In this document: one piece after another, positions 32,701 through 46,700 of the stretch
How the letters are laid out: the number at the start of each line of letters is the position of its first letter
Position numbering within the stretch: position 1 is the stretch's first letter
Notes under the pieces: generated by a model
Databases searched by the model: none
What the model saw: the letters and a program-made list of their open reading frames with translations, nothing else
Told to the model about the DNA's origin: nothing
DNA from: Macrostomum lignano
Lineage: Eukaryota
Reading direction: 5' to 3'
DNA: 64,000 nucleotides
NCBI GenBank assembly: GCA_002269645.1
Contig: NIVC01003531.1
Location: 1-64,000 of the forward strand
Program-made: the position numbers and the translations under genes

Positions 32701-33786
32701 GGCGACACGGTGCTGCACTTGGCCGCGAGGCACCAGCCGGGCACCGAGGCCATGCGGCTGGCCCAGCGGGAACTCGGAACTGCCGGCAGCTTTGCCTGCT
32801 TCCGGCGCAGGGGCCGCTGGAAGCGGACGGTGGTCCACTCGGCGGCCACGAATCCCAAGGACAACTTGGCGCTGAAGTGGCTGGCCAGGCAGAGCGGCCG
32901 AGACTGCCTCGCCGCTGTCGACAAGTTTGGCAACTCGCCGGTGCACCTGGCCGCCTGGAAGCAAGGCACCGACTCCATGGAGCTGATGACGCGGAGTTTG
33001 GGACCCGACTGCTTCCTCCAGCAGGACCAGTGGGACCGCACGGCGGTGCACTGGGCCGCCATGAACCGCGGCGGGAACTCCGTCCTCAGGTGGCTGGTGG
33101 CGCAGCTCGGGCCGGACTGCCTGAAGCAGCCGAACAGCTTCGGGAACACCCCGGTGCACCTGGCCGCCTGGAAGCAGGGCGCCGACTCCATGGAGCTGAT
33201 GAAGAACGAGCTGGGATCCGAGTGTTTCTCCTGGCTTGGCCAGTGCGGCCGCTCCGTGGTGCACAAGGCGGCTCTCAACCAGGCCAGCTGCGAGGCACTC
33301 AAGTGGCTGGTGGAGCAGCTCGGCAGCGACCGCCTCAGGGAGAAGGACAACCAGGGAAACAGCGCCGCGCACCTCGCCGCCTGGAAGCAGGGCGAAGAAT
33401 CGCTAAGCTTCATCGTCGACAAGATCGGCACGAAGATGTTCAAGGAGCGCGGCAACTTCGACTGGACGGCGGCGCACATGGCGGCACAGAACAGCGGCTC
33501 CGCCCTCGCCTGGTGCATCAACGAGCTCGGGCCCGACTGCCTAAAGGCGAAGGACTTGCGAGGTCGAACCCCGGCCCACCTGGCTGCCCGGCATTTGGGC
33601 GCGGCCTCGCTGAGCCTCATCAAGGACAGCCTGGGCGCGGCCGCGTTCGACAACCTCAAGGACTTTGATGGCCGGACGGTGGCGGACTACGCGGCTGAGA
33701 GCGGTGATGAGGCAGAGTGGATGCTGGGCTGGATCGTGGAGCAGCAGGAGGAGGAGGAGCAGACTCGAAAGTCGCATTCCGAGTGA
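29695..33786 (+). CDS. Ankyrin-repeat protein, ~590 aa, ~15 repeats, 3 exons
   Basis: Exons 29695-29771, 31374-31911 and 32629-33786 join in phase. The exon 2/3 junction HCAAVNP|NGNSTLKWL fits the repeat register (cf. HSAATNPKDNLALKWL). Repeated G.TP/AvH.AA motifs. Confidence 0.85.
29869..30270. mobile_element. ~400-bp MITE-like element with ~42-bp inverted repeats in ankyrin intron 1
   Basis: aaaaactttagtctatggtcgaaacccatgcca (~29880-29912) is inverted at 30229-30261 with 1 mismatch, extending to tgaaagt/actttca. TSD not resolved. Confidence 0.6.
30904..31353. repeat. 14-bp minisatellite (cacactggttatcc / cacaatggttatcc) at the 3' end of ankyrin intron 1
   Basis: Tandem units end ~20 nt before the acceptor at 31373. 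Confidence 0.96.
31997..32614. repeat. 40-bp minisatellite (ggattgctaatctagcctatcatgggtgcaggaatagaat) filling ankyrin intron 2
   Basis: About 15.5 near-identical units ending ~14 nt before the acceptor. Confidence 0.97.
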
Positions 33787-34435
33787 ACAAGGCGACAGGC
33801 AGTCTTGCCATTGAGGCATTTGAGAGCACAGAACTCAAAACTTCCGCCTCAACCGATGCGATCAATGCAACACTTGAAGGTCAATGTCGACAAGACGCCA
33901 TTAAAAAGCAACAGCAAAAGCAGACGAAAAAGCAGACGAAAAAGCAGATCTTCCATTTTAAAAAATTCATCCCAAAACTGAGCAGCAGCCCCTGCCAAAC
34001 TTTTTATTGATGCGTGTTTTTTTAGCCAGCAAAAATAATTGTAAAAAAATATGTTTATACTAAGCAAATGCCAATTTGCAGGAATTGGTGCGCAGCAACA
34101 CCTGGGGAAATAACATTCTTGCTGGGAGACATTTTAGCTAATAAAATAAACCAATTGTGACTGAAGAATTAAATGACAATTAAATGCCAAAAAATGATAA
34201 AATTTTAAACGACTGTCCGAACTCAACAGAGCCTGCAGTACACAGTATTTACACTGGCATATAGCTAATAGGAGTACAGATTTGTTGCCAGAACATATGC
34301 CTTGAATAATTAGTTAATAATTACCTATGGCTGCCGATAGAAATGCACCTGTGATTTTGTTAAGAAGCTTGCATGCTATAGCTAGTAGACTTTAGTACTA
34401 ATTCGTAAATAACTAGATAAATATACACAAACGGG

Positions 34436-34689
<254 letters not shown>

Positions 34690-34702
34690 CAGTCCAAGGC
34701 TG

Positions 34703-37700
34703 TCACTCGCTCTCGCTGTCACTAAAAACCGCTGTTCTCCTCCTGGCGGCAGCCGCTGCTCGCCGTTTGCTGCCGCCGCGTGCGGCGCCCGACGGTCCGG
34801 CGCCATCAGCTGCCGGAGCGGCCGCAGCAGCAGCAGCCGCGTTGGCGCCACTGGCCGCCGCGCTGGACCGCTTGCGCCGGTGGTGCGCCTTCTTGGCGGC
34901 CTTCTCGGCGGCTTTCTCGGCCCGCTCCATGGCCTCCTCGTTGTCCACCTGCTTGAGGTGAAACTCCTCGATCTTGGCGTTCAGCTCAGCCAGGCAGCCG
35001 GCGAGGTCACCAGGGCCTCCGCCGGCGGCAGCGGCTGCGGCAGCGGCGGCGGGGCCCTGAGGCGCGGCTCGGCCAGCGTTGGCGGCGATGGCCTTGAAGC
35101 AGTTGTACACCTCGGTCTCGTGCAGCTTGTCAGCCAGAGTGCAGATGTGCTCCAGCAGCTTGCGCAGCATCCGCTCGCTGTAGGTCATCAGGTTCAGGCA
35201 GTAGGCGAAGTCGCGCCACTGCCGGGGCTGCTCGGCGCTGCGCAGGCGGATGCACAGCTTCTCCACCAGCTGCTCGCAGTGGCGGTCGCCCCGGATCAGG
35301 GGGAACAGGAAGTCGCAGATTTCCTGCGCGGGTTCCACGGTTGACGGCGATTTACAATGGAGCTTTGTGGCCACTATGGGCTTGCTTCAGGGCCACTATG
35401 GGCTTGCTTCAGGGCGACTATGGGCTTGCTTCAGGGCGACTATGGGCTTGCTTCAGGGCGACTATGGGCTTGCTTCAGGGAGACTATGGGCTTGCTACAG
35501 GACCACTATGGGCTTGCTTCAGGGCGACTATCGGCTTGCTTCAGGGCCACTATGGGCTTGCTTCAGGGCGACTATGGGCTTGCTTCAGGGCGACTATGGG
35601 CTTGCTTCAGGGCGACTATGGGCTTGCTTCAGGGCGACTATGGGCTTGCTTCAGGGCGACTATGGGCTTGCTTCAGGGCGACTATGGGCTTGCTTCAGGG
35701 GTGACTATGGGCTTGCTTCAGGGGTGACTATGGGCTTGCTTCAGGGCGACTATGGGCTTGCTTCAGGGCGACTATCGGCTTGCTTCAGGGCGACTATGGG
35801 CTTGCTTCAGGGCGACTATCGGCTTGCTTCAGGGGTGACTATGGGCTTGCTTCAGGGGTGACTATGGGCTTGCTTCAGGGCGACTATGGGCTTGCTTCAG
35901 GGCGACTATGGGCTTGCTTCAGGGGTGACTATGGGCTTGCTTCAGGGGTGACTATGGGCTTGCTTCAGGGCCACTATGGGCTTGCTTCAGGGGTGACTAT
36001 GGGCTTGCTTCAGGGGATACTATGGGCTTGCTTCAGGGGATACTATGGGCTTGCTTCAGTGAGACTATGGGCTTGCTACAGGACCACTATGGGCTTGCTT
36101 CAGTGCCACTATGGGCTTGCTTCAGGGCCACTATGGGCTTGCTTCAGGGGTGACTATGGGCTTGCTTTAGGAGTGACTATGGGCTTGCTTCAGGGCGACT
36201 ATGGGCTTGCTTCAGGAGTGACTATGGGCTTGCTTCAGGGGTGACTATGGGCTTGCTTCAGGGGTGACTATGGGCTTGCTTCAGGGCGACTATGAGCTGG
36301 CTTCAGTGAGACTATGGGCTTGCTTCAGGGGACACTATGGGCTGCCTGAGGGGACATTATGGGCTGCCTCAGAGGATATTAAGTGCTGCCTCAGGGAGGT
36401 TATGGGGTTGCTTTAAATATGACTTGTGCGGCAGTTGATTTCCGGAGCATCGCGTGTTACCTTGAAGTGATCCTCATGGGTCTCGGCATCGCTCAGTCTG
36501 TTAATGATATCCGGCAGCACATTGTACAGCGCGTTGCCCTTGTTAGACAGCTCGGAGAAGAACAGCTTGGCCAGGTGGGCAATGCGGGACTGCGAGTCGC
36601 AGATGCAGGTGGTCATCTCGCTGATCTGGCCTTTCACCTTGATCATGTCGTTCAGGATGAGGTGGCTCAGGGTGTTCAGCGCGTTTAGCCGGACCCTGGC
36701 GCTGGAGTCCCGCAGGCGGCCGTAGAGGCTGGCGGTCCAGGGCTCCACCAGGTTGGGGAACCGCTTGGCCAGGTCGCCAAGGGCAACGATGAGGTTGGCG
36801 CGGATCACCTCCGATTGGCTCTTCTCGGCCAGGGTGAACAGCAGGCCGAGGTGCTGCTCGCAGAACTTGCCGGACACCAGCATGAGCTTGGCCAGGGCCA
36901 GGCTGGCCGCGGCTTGCAACTGCTCGGACTGGAAGCTGGCCGGCTGCTCGCACACGTGCACAATCAGCGGGGCCAGGTGGCTCAGCAGGTGGCGCTCGTC
37001 GTACAGCAGCACGTCGTCGAGCAGGCGGCGGATCTGCTCAGCCTCCTGGTCGTCCGCCGAGGCACCTTCCAGGCCGAGCTCGTCCTCAGCTGAGGCCGGC
37101 TGGACGCTCTGTGGGAGTGAAACCGGAGTGAGTGAAGAGTGAGTGAACAGGAGTGAGTGAAGAGTGAGTGAACAGGAGTGAGTGAAGAGTGAGTGAACCG
37201 GAGTGAGTGAAGAGTGAGTGAACCGGAGTGAGTGAAGAGTGAGTGAACCGGAGTGAGTGAAGAGTGAGTGAACAGGAGTGAGTGAAGAGTGAGTGAACCG
37301 GAGTGAGTGAAGAGTGAGTGAACCGGAGTGAGTGAAGAGTGAGTGAACCGGAGTGAGTGAAGAGTGAGTGAACAGGAGTGAGTGAAGAGTGAGTGAACAG
37401 GAGTGAGTGAAGAGTGAGTGAACCGGAGTGAGTGAAGAGTGAGTGAACAGGAGTGAGTGAAGAGTGAGTGAACAGGAGTGAGTGAAGAGTGAGTGAAACG
37501 GAGTGAGTGAAGAGTGAGTGAACAGGAGTGAGTGAAGAGTGAGTGAACAGGAGTGAGTGAAGAGTGAGTGAACCGGAGTGAGTGAAGAGTGAGCGAACAG
37601 GAGTGAGTGAAGAGTGAGTGAACAGGAGTGAGTGAAGAGTGAGTGAACCGGAGTGAGTGAAGAGTGAGTGAACAGGAGTGAGTGAAGAGCGAGTGAACCG

Positions 37701-40700
37701 GAGTGAGTGAAGAGTGAGTGCACAGGAGTGAGTGAAGAGTGAGTGAACCTGAGTGAGTGAAGAGTGAGTGAACAGGGGTGAGTGAAGAGAATTTCAAAGG
37801 AGTGACTCAAAAGTGAGCAGGAACACAAATTCCGAATCCCAGCTTCCAACCCCCAGTGAAAACCTTCCGCTTCGAGGCCTTCACAGCCGACGCCCGGCCG
37901 GTCTCCCCGCCTTTGTTGGCTTCCTTCAGCGCCGTCCGGCGTTTCAGCTCGGCCAGCACAGCCACCTCCAGGTGCACCAGCACCTTCAGGGCCACGTGAC
38001 CGACCAGGGCCACGAACTTGGCCAGCATGCTGGACGCCAGGGTCAGCGACGGTTGCGGCGCTTCTGGACCATCGTCCGACATCTCGACAGCAGCGTCCGC
38101 GGCCTCGGCGTCGGCGTCGTCCAATTGAATGGCATCCGCAGGTTCCGCGGTCGCAGCCGCCGCCGCCGCCGTGACAGATTTCCTGCGGCTGCAGTCAAGC
38201 AGCAGGCGGGCCATGCGGCGGATCAGCGAGGCGGCCAGCTGGTCCGGACTGTCGGCCAGGGTGTAGATCACCGACACCGCCTGAGGACAGTGATTGGGCT
38301 GGCTGGACTGCGCTTTTGCTTGGCTTTGCTACTCATAGTAGGATGCGGCTATATGTAGCGTCATTCTGCTCGGGGCTCAGGCTGCTGAGGGACTGGAGAG
38401 GGCAGAGCACAGGCTGCTGAGGGACTGGAGAGGGCAGAGCACAGGCTGCTGAGGGACTGGAGGGGGCAGAGCACAGGCTGCTGAGGGACTGGAGGGGGCA
38501 GAGCACAGGTTGCTGAGGGACTGGAGAGGGCAGAGCACAGGCTGCTGAGGAACTGGAGGGGGCAGAGCACAGGCTGCTGAGGGACTGGAGGGGGCAGAGC
38601 ACAGGCTGCTGAGGAACTGGAGGGGGCAGAGCACAGGCTGCTGAGGGACTCGAGGGGCAGAGCACAGACTGCTGAAGGACTGGAGAGGGCAGGGCACTCT
38701 GCTGAAGGAAATGATTCAATGGAAACAAAGGAAAGAAGCTGAGTCAGGCCAGCAGAGAATCCGGACCTGCTCCATCATGGGCATCCAGAACCGGCTCTCC
38801 CCAGACGCGGACGACACAATGATGTCCAGCAGTCGCTGGAACAGGTCGCTTTCTGTCGGCATCCGGCAGGACTCGGGCGCGGCAGCGACGCCGGAGCCAG
38901 CGGCGGCATTGGCGGCAGATTTGGCTTTGGCCGGCGTGGCGGCCATCCGCTGGAGGGCCACGCAGGTGTACTGCACCAGCTGCAGGTCGGTGCAGTCGGC
39001 GCAGAGGCCCTCGCTGACCAACAGCTGGGTGTTCGCCCGCACGATGCCGGGCTCCTCGGCGGCCATCATGCCGAGCAGAATGACGGCGGCGCGCCGGTCC
39101 TGGCTGGAGTTTCCGGCCCGACGGGCGAACTTGTCCCAGGCTCCCTGTGCAGAATGGGATTATTATGGCGCTTGAAGTGGCTTCATGTGTCGGTGAATGT
39201 GTCGGTAAAACTGTCGGTAAGTGTGACAGTAAAATTGTCGGTGAATGTGTCGGTAAAATTGTCGGTAAGTGTGTCAGTAAAATTGTCGGTGAATGTGTCG
39301 GTAAAATTGTCGGTAAGTGTGTCAGTAAAATTGTCGGTGAATGTGTCGGTAAAATTGTCGGTGAATGTGTCGGTAAAATTGTCGGTAAGTGTGTTAGTAA
39401 AATTGTCGGTGAATGTGTCGGTAAAATTGTCGGTAAATGTGTCGGTAAAATTGTCGGTGAATGTGTCGGTAAAATTGTCGGTGAATGTGTCGGTGAATGT
39501 GTCAGTAAAATTGTCGGTAAGTGTGTCAGTAAAATTGTCGGTGAATGTGTCGGTAAAATTGTCGGTGAATGTGTCGGTAAAATTGTCGGTGAATGTGTCG
39601 GTAAAATTGTCGGTGAATGTGTCGGTGAATGTGTCAGTAAAATTGTCGGTAAGTGTGTCAGTAAAATTGTCGGTGAATGTGTCAGTAAAATTGTCGGTGA
39701 ATGTGTCAGTAAAATTGTCGGTGAATGTGTCGGTAAAATTGTCGGTGAATGTGTCGGTGAATGTGTCAGTAAAATTGTCGTAAGTGTGTCAGTAAAATTG
39801 TCGATGAATGCGTCGGTAAAATTGTCGGTAAATGTGTCGGTAAAATTGTCGGTGAATGTGTCGGTAAAATTGTCGGTAAGTGTGTCAGTAAAATTGTCGG
39901 TGAATGTGTCGGTAAAATTGTCGGTAAGTGTGTCAGTAAAATTGTCGGTGAATGTGTCGGTAAAATTGTCGGTGAATGTGTCGGTAAAATTGTCGGTGAA
40001 TGTGTCGGTGAATGTGTCAGTAAAATTGTCGGTGAATGTGTCAGTAAAATTGTCGGTGAATGTGTCGGTAAAATTGTCGGTGAATGTGTCGGTAAAATTG
40101 TCGGTGAATGTGTCGGTGAATGTGTCGGTAAAATTGTCGGTGAATGTGTCAGTAAAATTGTCGGTGAATGTGTCAGTAAAATTGTCGGTGAATGTGTCAG
40201 TAAAATTGTCGGTGAATGTGTCAGTAAAATTGTCGGTGAATGTGTCGGTAAAATTGTCGGTGAATGTGTCGGTGAATGTGTCAGTAAAATTGTCGTAAGT
40301 GTGTCAGTAAAATTGTCGATGAATGTGTCGGTAAAATTGTCGGTAAATGTGTCGGTAAAATTGTCGGTGAATGTGTCGGTAAAATTGTCGGTGAATGTGT
40401 CGGTAAAATTGTCGGTGAATGTGTCGGTGAATGTGTCAGTAAAATTGTCGGTAAGTGTGTCAGTAAAATTGTCGGTGAATGTGTCGGTAAAATTGTCGGT
40501 GAATGTGTCGGTGAATGTGTCAGTAAAATTGTCGTAAGTGTGTCAGTAAAATTGTCGATGAATGCGTCGGTAAAATTGTCGGTAAATGTGTCGGTAAAAT
40601 TGTCGGTGAATGTGTCGGTAAAATTGTCGGTAAGTGTGTCAGTAAAATTGTCGGTGAATGTGTCGGTAAAATTGTCGGTAAGTGTGTCAGTAAAATTGTC

Positions 40701-43700
40701 GGTGAATGTGTCGGTAAAATTGTCGGTGAATGTGTCGGTAAAATTGTCGGTGAATGTGTCGGTGAATGTGTCAGTAAAATTGTCGGTGAATGTGTCAGTA
40801 AAATTGTCGGTGAATGTGTCGGTAAAATTGTCGGTGAATGTGTCGGTAAAATTGTCGGTGAATGTGTCGGTGAATGTGTCAGTAAAATTGTCGGTGAATG
40901 TGTCAGTAAAATTGTCGGTGAATGTGTCAGTAAAATTGTCGGTGAATGTGTCAGTAAAATTGTCGGTGAATGTGTCAGTAAAATTGTCGGTGAATGTGTC
41001 GGTAAAATTGTCGGTGAATGTGTCGGTGAATGTGTCAGTAAAATTGTCGTAAGTGTGTCAGTAAAATTGTCGATGAATGTGTCGGTAAAATTGTCGGTAA
41101 ATGTGTCGGTAAAATTGTCGGTGAATGTGTCGGTAAAATTGTCGGTGAATGTGTCGGTAAAATTGTCGGTGAATGTGTCGGTGAATGTGTCAGTAAAATT
41201 GTCGGTAAGTGTGTCAGTAAAATTGTCGGTGAATGTGTCAGTAAAATTGTCGGTAAATGTGTCGGTAAAATTGTCGGTGAATGTGTCGGTAAAATTGTCG
41301 GTGAATGTGTCGGTAAAATTGTCGGTGAATGTGTCGGTGAATGTGCCAGTAAAATTGTCGGTAAGTGTGTCAGTAAAATTGTCGGTGAATGTGTCGGTAA
41401 AATTGTCGGTAAATGTGTCGGTAAAATTTTCGGTGAATGTGTCGGTAAAATTGTCGGTGAATGTGTCGGTAAAATTGTCGGTGAATGTGTCGGTGAATGT
41501 GTCGGTAAAATTGTCGGTGAATGTGTCGGTAAAATTGTCGGTGAATGTGTCGGTGAATGTGTCAGTAAAATTGTCGGTAAGTGTGTCGGTAAAATTGTCG
41601 GTGAATGTGTCGGTAAAATTGTCGGTGAATGTGTCGGTGAATGTGTCAGTAAAATTGTCGGTAAATGTGTCGGTAAAATTGTCGGTGAATGTGTCGGTAA
41701 AATTGTCGGTGAATGTGTCGGTGAATGTGTCAGTAAAATTGTCGGTAAATGTGTCGGTAAAATTGTCGGTGAATGTGTCGGTAAAATTGTCGGTGAATGT
41801 GTCGGTGAATGTGTCGGTAAAATTGTCGGTGAATGTGTCGGTAAAATTGTCGGTGAATGTGTCGGTGAATGTGCCAGTAAAATTGTCGGTAAGTGTGTCA
41901 GTAAAATTGTCGATGAATGCGTCGGTAAAATTGTCGGTGAATGTGTCGGTAAAATTGTCGGTAAGTGTGTCAGTAAAATTGTCGGTGAATGTGTCGGTGA
42001 ATGTGTCAGTAAAATTGTCGGTAGGTGTGTCAGTAAAATTGTCGGTGAATGTGTCGGTAAAATTGTCGGTAAATGTGTCGGTAAAATTGTCGGTGAATGT
42101 GTCGGTAAAATTGTCGGTGAATGTGTCGGTGAATGTGTCAGTAAATTTGTCGGTAAAATTGTGGGTGAATGTGTCGGTAAAATTGTCGGTAAGTGTGTCA
42201 GTAAAATTGTCGGTGAATGTGTCGGTAAAACTGTCGGTAAGTGTGTCAGTAAAATTGTCGGTAAGTGTGTCAGTAAAATTGTCGGTGAATGTGTCGGTAA
42301 AACTGTCGGTGAGGCGCACCTGAACCACAGGCTTGTCGATGACGCCGGAGCGCACGAACTCGCAGACGAGTTTCTCCAGGGACAGCAGGTCGCCCAAGGT
42401 TGCGGAGCAGATCAGCTGGCTCAGGCTGCCTACGATGGCGGACACGCGCAGCTTCTCGGCTTCATCCGGCCCGATGCCGGCGTCCTGGTCGACGAACACC
42501 TCGGTGTACATCTTCTCATAGGCGGAGACCACGGCCTGCTTGATGGCGGCCTCCTTGGACCAGACCAGGCCCAGCATCTTCTTGAAGCCGGGCGCGCACT
42601 CGGCCATGCCCTGCTGGTGGCCGGCCAGCAGGAAGGCCACAGCCTCGAGGATGTCGCTCTGAGTTGACGAGCCCAGCATGGCAACAACGAACGGTATGGC
42701 GGACTTGACCTGCTCCACAAACTGCAGGCTCTGCCGCAGGCAGGCGATGAGGGTCTGCTGCTTGGCAATCTGGGCGCAGGCCTCCGACTGGCGCGAGTTA
42801 GCGGCGTAGGCCTCGCCTGCGGTTGCCGCAAAATAAGGGGGGTGGGTGTCGTAATCTTAATTGATGATTGATTTATGACTGTCATGGAAGTTGGGGAATG
42901 TGCTGAGGTGCTCTGTTTGCTTTCAAATTAGTAATTTTCCATTCTAACAAAAAATCCTGATAATGTCCTTAACTGGCTACTGACCAGAGCAGCCAACAGT
43001 AGTATTCACTAAACATTTTACAACGACTTCTAACCGAATGTCATCCCGAAAATGCTGATTCCATGACCTAAGCATAGAACTGAGAACCGACAAGACAACA
43101 GGAAACAAGCTGGAATTTCACAACAATAAGAAATAAAAAATAGGTAAACTAACGAATTGAGTATAAAATAATATGACACAAGCATATCGCAGATTTTTTA
43201 CAGCACGACTTGGACACCTGACTGACTAGCTTTACCTTCTCCATCCGCCGCAGTTAAGTGGCGCTCTTCAAGACGGGTTTTGCGGAGGGAATTTATCAAT
43301 TGATTAGCTGGCAGTGAAATATTGGCTGAGTTAGAGATTCGGCTGAAGGAAGCTCATGGATTAATCATATAAGCACTGGAGCACTGTCTATTATGTATAC
43401 TAGAAAGCGAGAATGGATGCATAACCCATGACCTACGCATGATCCAGAAAGTAGCCCATGACCCACGCATGACCCAGAAAGTATCTCATGACCTACGCAT
43501 GACCCAGAAAGTAGCCCATGACCCATGCATGACCCAGAAAGTAGCCCATGACCCATGCATGACCCAGAAAGTGTCCCGTGACCTACGCATGACCCAGAAA
43601 GTGTCCCGTAACCTACGCATGACCCAGAAAGTAGACCATGACCTACGCATGACCCAGAAAGTAGACCATGACCCATGCATGACCCAGAAAGTGTCCCGTG

Positions 43701-46700
43701 ACCTACGCATGGCCCAGAAAGTGTCCCGTGACCTACGCATGGCCCAGAAAGTGTCCCGTGACTTACGCATGACCCAAATAGTGTCCCGTGACCTACGCAT
43801 GGCCCAGAAAGTGTCCCGTGACCTACGCATGGCCCAGAAAGTGTCCCGTGACTTACGCATGACCCAAATAGTGTCCCGTGACCTACGCATGGCCCAGAAA
43901 GTGTCCCGTGACCTACGCATGGCCCAGAAAGTGTCCCGTGACCTACGCATGACACAGAAAGTGTCCCGTGACCTACGCATGACACAGAAAGTGTCCCGTG
44001 ACCTACGCATGACACAGAAAGTGTCCCGTGACCTACGCATGACACAGAAGTAGCCTATGATCTACAAATAAGCTGGCCAGGTATCCAAGACCTGCATATG
44101 ACGATCAAAGAGTCAAAGACTTATCCAGAAGGGCCTGACTTCCTGCTATCATTTAGACTACCGAAACGAAAGATTTAAAAAGTGTAGCACAGATGAAGAT
44201 TGCAGGAGCAGGTGCAGACACAAAAACCTGGTTCATGGACACATTCAACACTCACTCACCCATATAAATGTCTTTCAGCCGGTCTGTCCAGGCCTGAACA
44301 CGCAACTTCTGCGACTGGGCCTCCGCCTGCGACGCTGAAGCCGGCTGGCTGTCGCTGTTGGGCACTTCTTCACTGATTTGAGGATGGGAGAGGGGAGATG
44401 CGGCAGACATCGTGAGGCTGGTGCAATTGCAGATGTGCGAATATATAGACGACTCTAAAACAATGAGATGTCACGGTACAAGTCGCCAAAGAGTCGAATA
44501 AGAGTTAATTTAAAGCGTTTTATTGTCTGCGACCCTGAACTGACTTCGGGGCCGTAGATACGCAGCTGAGACGTGCTGGAGTCGCTGTAGAATTTCGTCT
44601 AAAGTGCATCTAAAGATGTCACTTAGAGTGACTCTATAGCGATTCTTGTCACGGTAACGCTTTCAACAACGGGTATTGTCCATTTTAATGTGCTCTTTAA
44701 TGTGCTCCATTTTAAAGTTTTTATTTAAAAACGGCCTTTTTCGGGGCCACCAATCTATTGGGTTTAGTAGGTCATTATGGACAAGCAAGCATACAAACAA
44801 ACCTTAGAGATTTAGTATATTTAGAAGATCAAGATAACAAATAGTGAGACCTACTTATAGTAGTTTGGTTAAATAAAAATTATATCCTGTACGGCTTGCC
44901 AATCGCGCGGCACTCACATCCGGGTGGAGAAGATCGGATTATCCGTGAAGGCGTCGTGCGCGAGTGCGAACAGCCGAATAGCTCGGGACACTCGGTTCCG
45001 CTGGAAATTGTCGTAGATTCGCCTGGCAACCGCCTCGGCCGTCTCCTCCTCGCCGATGCCCTCTTCCTCCTCGTCTTCGGCGGCTGCGTCGCCCTCGGAG
45101 TCGTCGCCGTCGGCTGCCCGAGCGGCGGCGGGGGCTTCGGCAGCATCGGTGGCTGAAGCGGCGGCCGCCGACCGAACCTGCTGGCTGAGCAGCTGCAGCA
45201 CCTTGGGAATGATGCGGCGTCGCCAGGTGAGCTCCTTCTGCACCAGCTCCGGGTCCTGCGACGCCTCCAGCTCCTGCAGGATCTGGTAGGGAAGCGGAGG
45301 GGCGAGTGAGCACCAGTAAAGCTTAATGAGCCTCGGGAGTCTCATGAGCATTGAATACTTCCAATGATCATCAGGAGTGACTCAAAAGCATCAGGAGTGA
45401 CTCAAAAGCATCAGGGGTGACTCATAAGCATCAGGAGTGACTCATAACCATCAGGAGTGAGTCATAAGCATCAAGAGTGACTCAAAAGCATCAGGAGTGA
45501 CTCAAAAGCATCAGGAGTGACTCAAAAGCATCAGGAGTGACTCATAAGCATCAGGAGTGAGTCATAAGCATCAGGAGTGACTCAAAAGCATCAGGAGTGA
45601 CTCATAAGCATCAGGAGTGACTCAAAAGCATCAGGAGTGACTCAAAAGCATCAGGAGTGAGTCATAAGCATCAGGAGTGACTCATAAGCATCAGGAGTGA
45701 CTCAAAAGCATCAGGAGTGAGTCATAAGCATCAGGAGTGACTCATAAGCATCAGGAGTGAGTCATAAGCATCAGGAGTGACTCATAAGCATCAGGAGTGA
45801 CTCATAAGCATCAGGGGTGACTCAAAAGCATCAGGAGTGACTCATAAGCATCAGGAGTGAGTCATAAGCATCACAGATGACGCATAATCAACAGAAGAAT
45901 TGTCGCAAAAGCGCCAGGACTGACCCAACAGCTAAGCCAGCATCCTACCTTGACTTCTCTCTCGAAGTCGGCATTGAGCTGGTCAGTGGGCACCCGCACA
46001 GCCGGGTTGCACTCCAGCATGGCGGCCAGGATCTTCATGCTGTGCTTCCTGGCCATGGCGGAGGTGTCCAGCAGCGAGCCCTGCGGCCCGGCGATCAGCT
46101 CAACCAGGCGGCCCATTCGCTCGTACGGCAGCGACTTGGCCTCGACAATCTGCAGCCAGATCTGCAGGCAGCGGGAGCGGACGAATCCGTTCAGATCGTG
46201 CACGTGCTCCTCCAGGGTGTCCAGGTAGCGGTCCACCTTGGCCCGCTGCTTGGAGTCCAGCTCAGAGTTGGATAGGTAGCGCTTGCTCAGGATAGAGGAG
46301 ATCATGCTCAGCACGCAATTGCGCAGGGAGTACGGATCGCAGGCAAGGCGCTCCTGCGGATCAAGGCAACCAAAATATGCAATTATGTTTCTAATGCTAA
46401 TCAGAGTACGCGGATAAAGGATGACGGCACACATCAAAGAGAGTGGGATGGGGATGGCGGCAGACATCAAAAAGAGAGCGGCGATTGGGATGGCAGCAGA
46501 CATCAGAGAGTGGGAACTATGATGGCGGCAGACATAGAGTGGGATGGGGAAGGCGGCAGACATCAAAGAGTGGGATGGGGAAGGCGGCAGACATCAAAGA
46601 GTGGGATGGAATGGCGGCAGACATCAAAGAGTGGGATGGAATGGCGGCAGACATCAAAGAGTGGGATGGGATGGCGGCAGACATCAAAGAGAGTGGGATG

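Noticed and set aside
32608-33668. Antisense and alternative-frame ORFs over the ankyrin exon (similarly over the GT, CAP-D2 and LINE exons)
   Set aside because: Shadow ORFs of GC-rich coding sequence.
39147-42323. ORFs of 383-732 aa (VSVKLS / FTDN repeats)
   Set aside because: They are stop-free minisatellite in CAP-D2 intron 7; the CAP-D2 exons splice around it in phase.
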